DNA of 64,000 nucleotides, taken from Bugula neritina (lineage: Eukaryota; Animalia; Bryozoa). The notes below the pieces were generated by a model. That model was not told the DNA's origin and ran no database searches. It worked only from the letters and a program-made list of their open reading frames with translations. Below, piece by piece: positions 61,264 through 64,000 of the stretch. Numbering within the stretch: the stretch's first letter is position 1; each line of letters starts with the position of its first letter. Location: the NCBI GenBank assembly GCA_964035545.1, contig OZ037767.1, forward strand, positions 23,266,628 through 23,330,627, written 5' to 3'. The translations under genes were made by a program, and so were the position numbers.

Positions 61264-63623
61264 ATGAATATGCCTCGGAGCATAGTGGTGGAGCTGCTGG
61301 TCGTCTTGCTTTGTGTGTGGAAAAGTAACACTCAGAAAGTCTGTATCAAGCCAGCCGAGGGAGAGTTGGATATAGCAGCACTTTTCTGGTAGGATAGTTT
61401 TCATAAAGTCCATTACTAGTGTAGGACCACAGTGCCCTTGCATGGTTGGTGTACAGAGCCTAATAATACTTGAAAATAATTCCTGTTGAAGCTGCAAGAA
61501 TGCTCTCTCACCGTATTGAAAGTATAAGCTGTACTATAAAACAATATGATATGGTAAAAAAGTTGGAACTTTAGGTTAAATTGGTGCCAAAATATTCATT
61601 CCTAATAATTTAAATTTTCAACATAGTGTTTTTATACTTGGTAAGGTAAGATTTATTTGTATGGAAATGTATAATGTTAAAAGTTTAGATTGCACAATGT
61701 TAAAGGTGGGTTTACTATTTACAAATTATTTTAATTTCGATGTGTGTGCATTCATTTATTTATTTTTTTAGCATTTAACCTTATTTTGCATGTTGTCTTT
61801 TTAGGAGTAATAATGCTTTCCAGCAAGCTTCCGACCCTTTTAAATTCAATCTGTGCATGGGAGATGACCATCAATGTAAAATAGAGCTGAATAATGGAAC
61901 TGTTATAGGTAGGTACTGAATGTCACAACCCTGGGTAAAACATGCAACATTTTAAAACAGCATTCTCATTTTAAATGTTTTTTCTACACGAAGTTATAGC
62001 AGCATTTCAACCAGTTTACTTTCTAAAGTCTTTGAAATAATTTTCAATGGTGTATAAACATGTATTTAAATGTGAAAGTTTTATAGAAGTTGTATGCTCT
62101 CAATTTTATTTCTGTCTCAGTTTATACTGCACAATGTTTTGTTTAGATTAGTTGGTGTACTATTGACCCTTGTGCATTGTACACATTTGTATATATTGTA
62201 CCAGCATTTTGTTGTTTCAGCTGATAACTACAACGGAGTGTCAAAGACTGATTTTAGTGAAACGTTACTCACATTTAATATGGGGACAGGAAGTAATTCA
62301 GCTGTGTTTTTGTACTTCACTTGTGATCCCAACACACTGGTAATATATTAATGCTTCAGTTTTACTCACTTCATATTTTGCTTGACTGGATTTTTTTTAT
62401 AAGCCCAACCAATCTATTTCATTAAAAGTGTCCTCAAAAGATTAATAAATTTAAGGATAATTATTGGTCTTAGTGCTGTCTGGACAAAGTTTTCTGTGAT
62501 ATTCCAAGTGAATAAATGCATACAAATTATACTAATAAATGGTTTTATGAACTTATTTCCTCAAAGTTTCATTGAGACTTGTAAAGCTAAAAATATGCCT
62601 CTGGTAAAACTTTTGTTTGAACAATTTTCTGTTGAAAAATAATTTTTTTTTAGAAATATAGGAGCAGAACTATTTTCGACAGTCCTTGATAGACATATAT
62701 TGTAGATTTCTAATTTTCTGGTTAGTTTTATGGTTTTTAGCCATGTCTGAAATTGTTGCAGGGCAAGCCAGTGTTATTAGATAATCAGGGTAGTAAGTAT
62801 TACTTTGAGTGGAAGTCACACATTGCTTGCAAAGGGTCAGTTGCTACGCAGAATGTTGCCAAGCCTCAAATGCCTTGCTATATCTATAATGGTGATGACC
62901 TGATAGACTTGACTGATATGACCAACACTACTAGTTACAAAGTGCAGAAGGATTCAGCCACTTACACTCTCAACATCTGTAGAAACGTAACAGATGTCAG
63001 TGGTAAGCCTCATATTAGTCTATAAATACATACCATAAATGCATTGTGCACAGCTCACACTTAGCTTGTAATCTATTTGTAATATATATTCTTCAGCAGG
63101 TTTGAGTTGCTTTCCAACATATTTAATGACCTTGCTTAGTGAAAGCATCTGCTCTAAAATTTCTGAAGCTAGTAATTTGAAATCCTCCATTAACTGGTGT
63201 TTGTAGTTTGGTGGAACCAGTGTACAATTACCTACTTGGTAAAATGAGAAGGCTAATTTTAATGTTATCCTAGATACAGTTGTATCTAATTTTACCATTT
63301 CCAGTTTCACTTGCTCTCATCGTTCAACTTTTATGATTAAAATTTTGCAATAAACCCACAAGGTTTACTGATATTGTAAGATAAACATCTCGACTTGCTG
63401 GGGTACTGATCTAACTGAGCTCTATGATTATTTTATATGTGTCTTATGCATGTCAGGTTGCGATGCTGCTGTTTGTGAAGGAGACAAAGCTGTTGCCATA
63501 GTTACTAAAGATACAGTGCTAGAAAGTGCTGCTAATGGTGATGTGTTTGTCAAGTATGCCAAACTTGACGGTAAAGATTGCGGAACCAAAATAACATTCA
63601 AATGTCCAGATTCTCCATATCAT
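61264..63623 (+). CDS. IGF2R: Cation-independent mannose-6-phosphate receptor-like protein (CIMR/MRH repeats), 5' part; continues beyond window end
   Basis: Exons 61264-61388 (signal peptide MNMPRSIVVELLVVLLCVW), 61805-61908, 62221-62339, 62762-63002, 63457-63623, phase-consistent. MRH-type motifs: FKFNLC, LYFTCDPNTLGKP, YYFEWKSHIAC, IDLTDM, YTLNICR, CGTKITFKCP. Orthology to IGF2R is inferred from the repeat type. Confidence 0.8.
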
Positions 63624-64000
63624 GTGTGTATATAGTATATACCAGCTGTGCAATGGTAGAAGGCAACTCCCAATATATCAGTCAAAATATATCTGGGAAA
63701 CAATGTTGTGCTGAATACTTACCCCTCATTCACACTCACCGTATCGTAGGCTGTAACAGCAAATATCAGCCATTTTTACAAATGTTTGTGCTTGATTAAA
63801 AAATGTTGCGGCGGGTTCCTATTGGACAGAAAAACAGTAACTCATTGGATATAATTGTCTAATGAAGTGTCATAGATTGTACCTAATAGCAGACTTTGAA
63901 AACTTCAGCCCGGACACATTAATAATGGCTGATATTTTACGTTTCGCCCTACGGTACGGTGAGTGTGAATAAGGGGGTTTCAGGATTTTGTTTGTTCAAT

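Overview
AT-rich, intron-containing animal genomic DNA. It is probably a bilaterian invertebrate, but the species cannot be fixed from sequence alone. Four spliced genes were reconstructed by hand. (1) The 5' part of a dystrophin/utrophin-family gene on the minus strand: 49 phase-consistent coding exons, about 2,580 aa, with a CH1-CH2 actin-binding domain and spectrin-repeat rod, running off the left edge. (2) A stand-alone NHL-repeat beta-propeller gene (+), head-to-head with dystrophin. (3) YRDC/Sua5 t6A synthase (-) with a mitochondrial-type presequence. (4) The 5' part of a cation-independent mannose-6-phosphate-receptor-like gene (+), running off the right edge. Introns carry a tRNA-derived SINE family, at least two MITEs (one with a perfect 38-bp central hairpin) and many minisatellites. 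The most unusual pattern is that many tandem repeats sit on exon-intron junctions and copy the splice sites themselves, for example about 15 copies of a dystrophin 3' splice site. Also noted are a GC-AG intron and several candidate alternative or internal first exons of dystrophin. No prokaryote-type system (CRISPR, operon, defence locus) is present.
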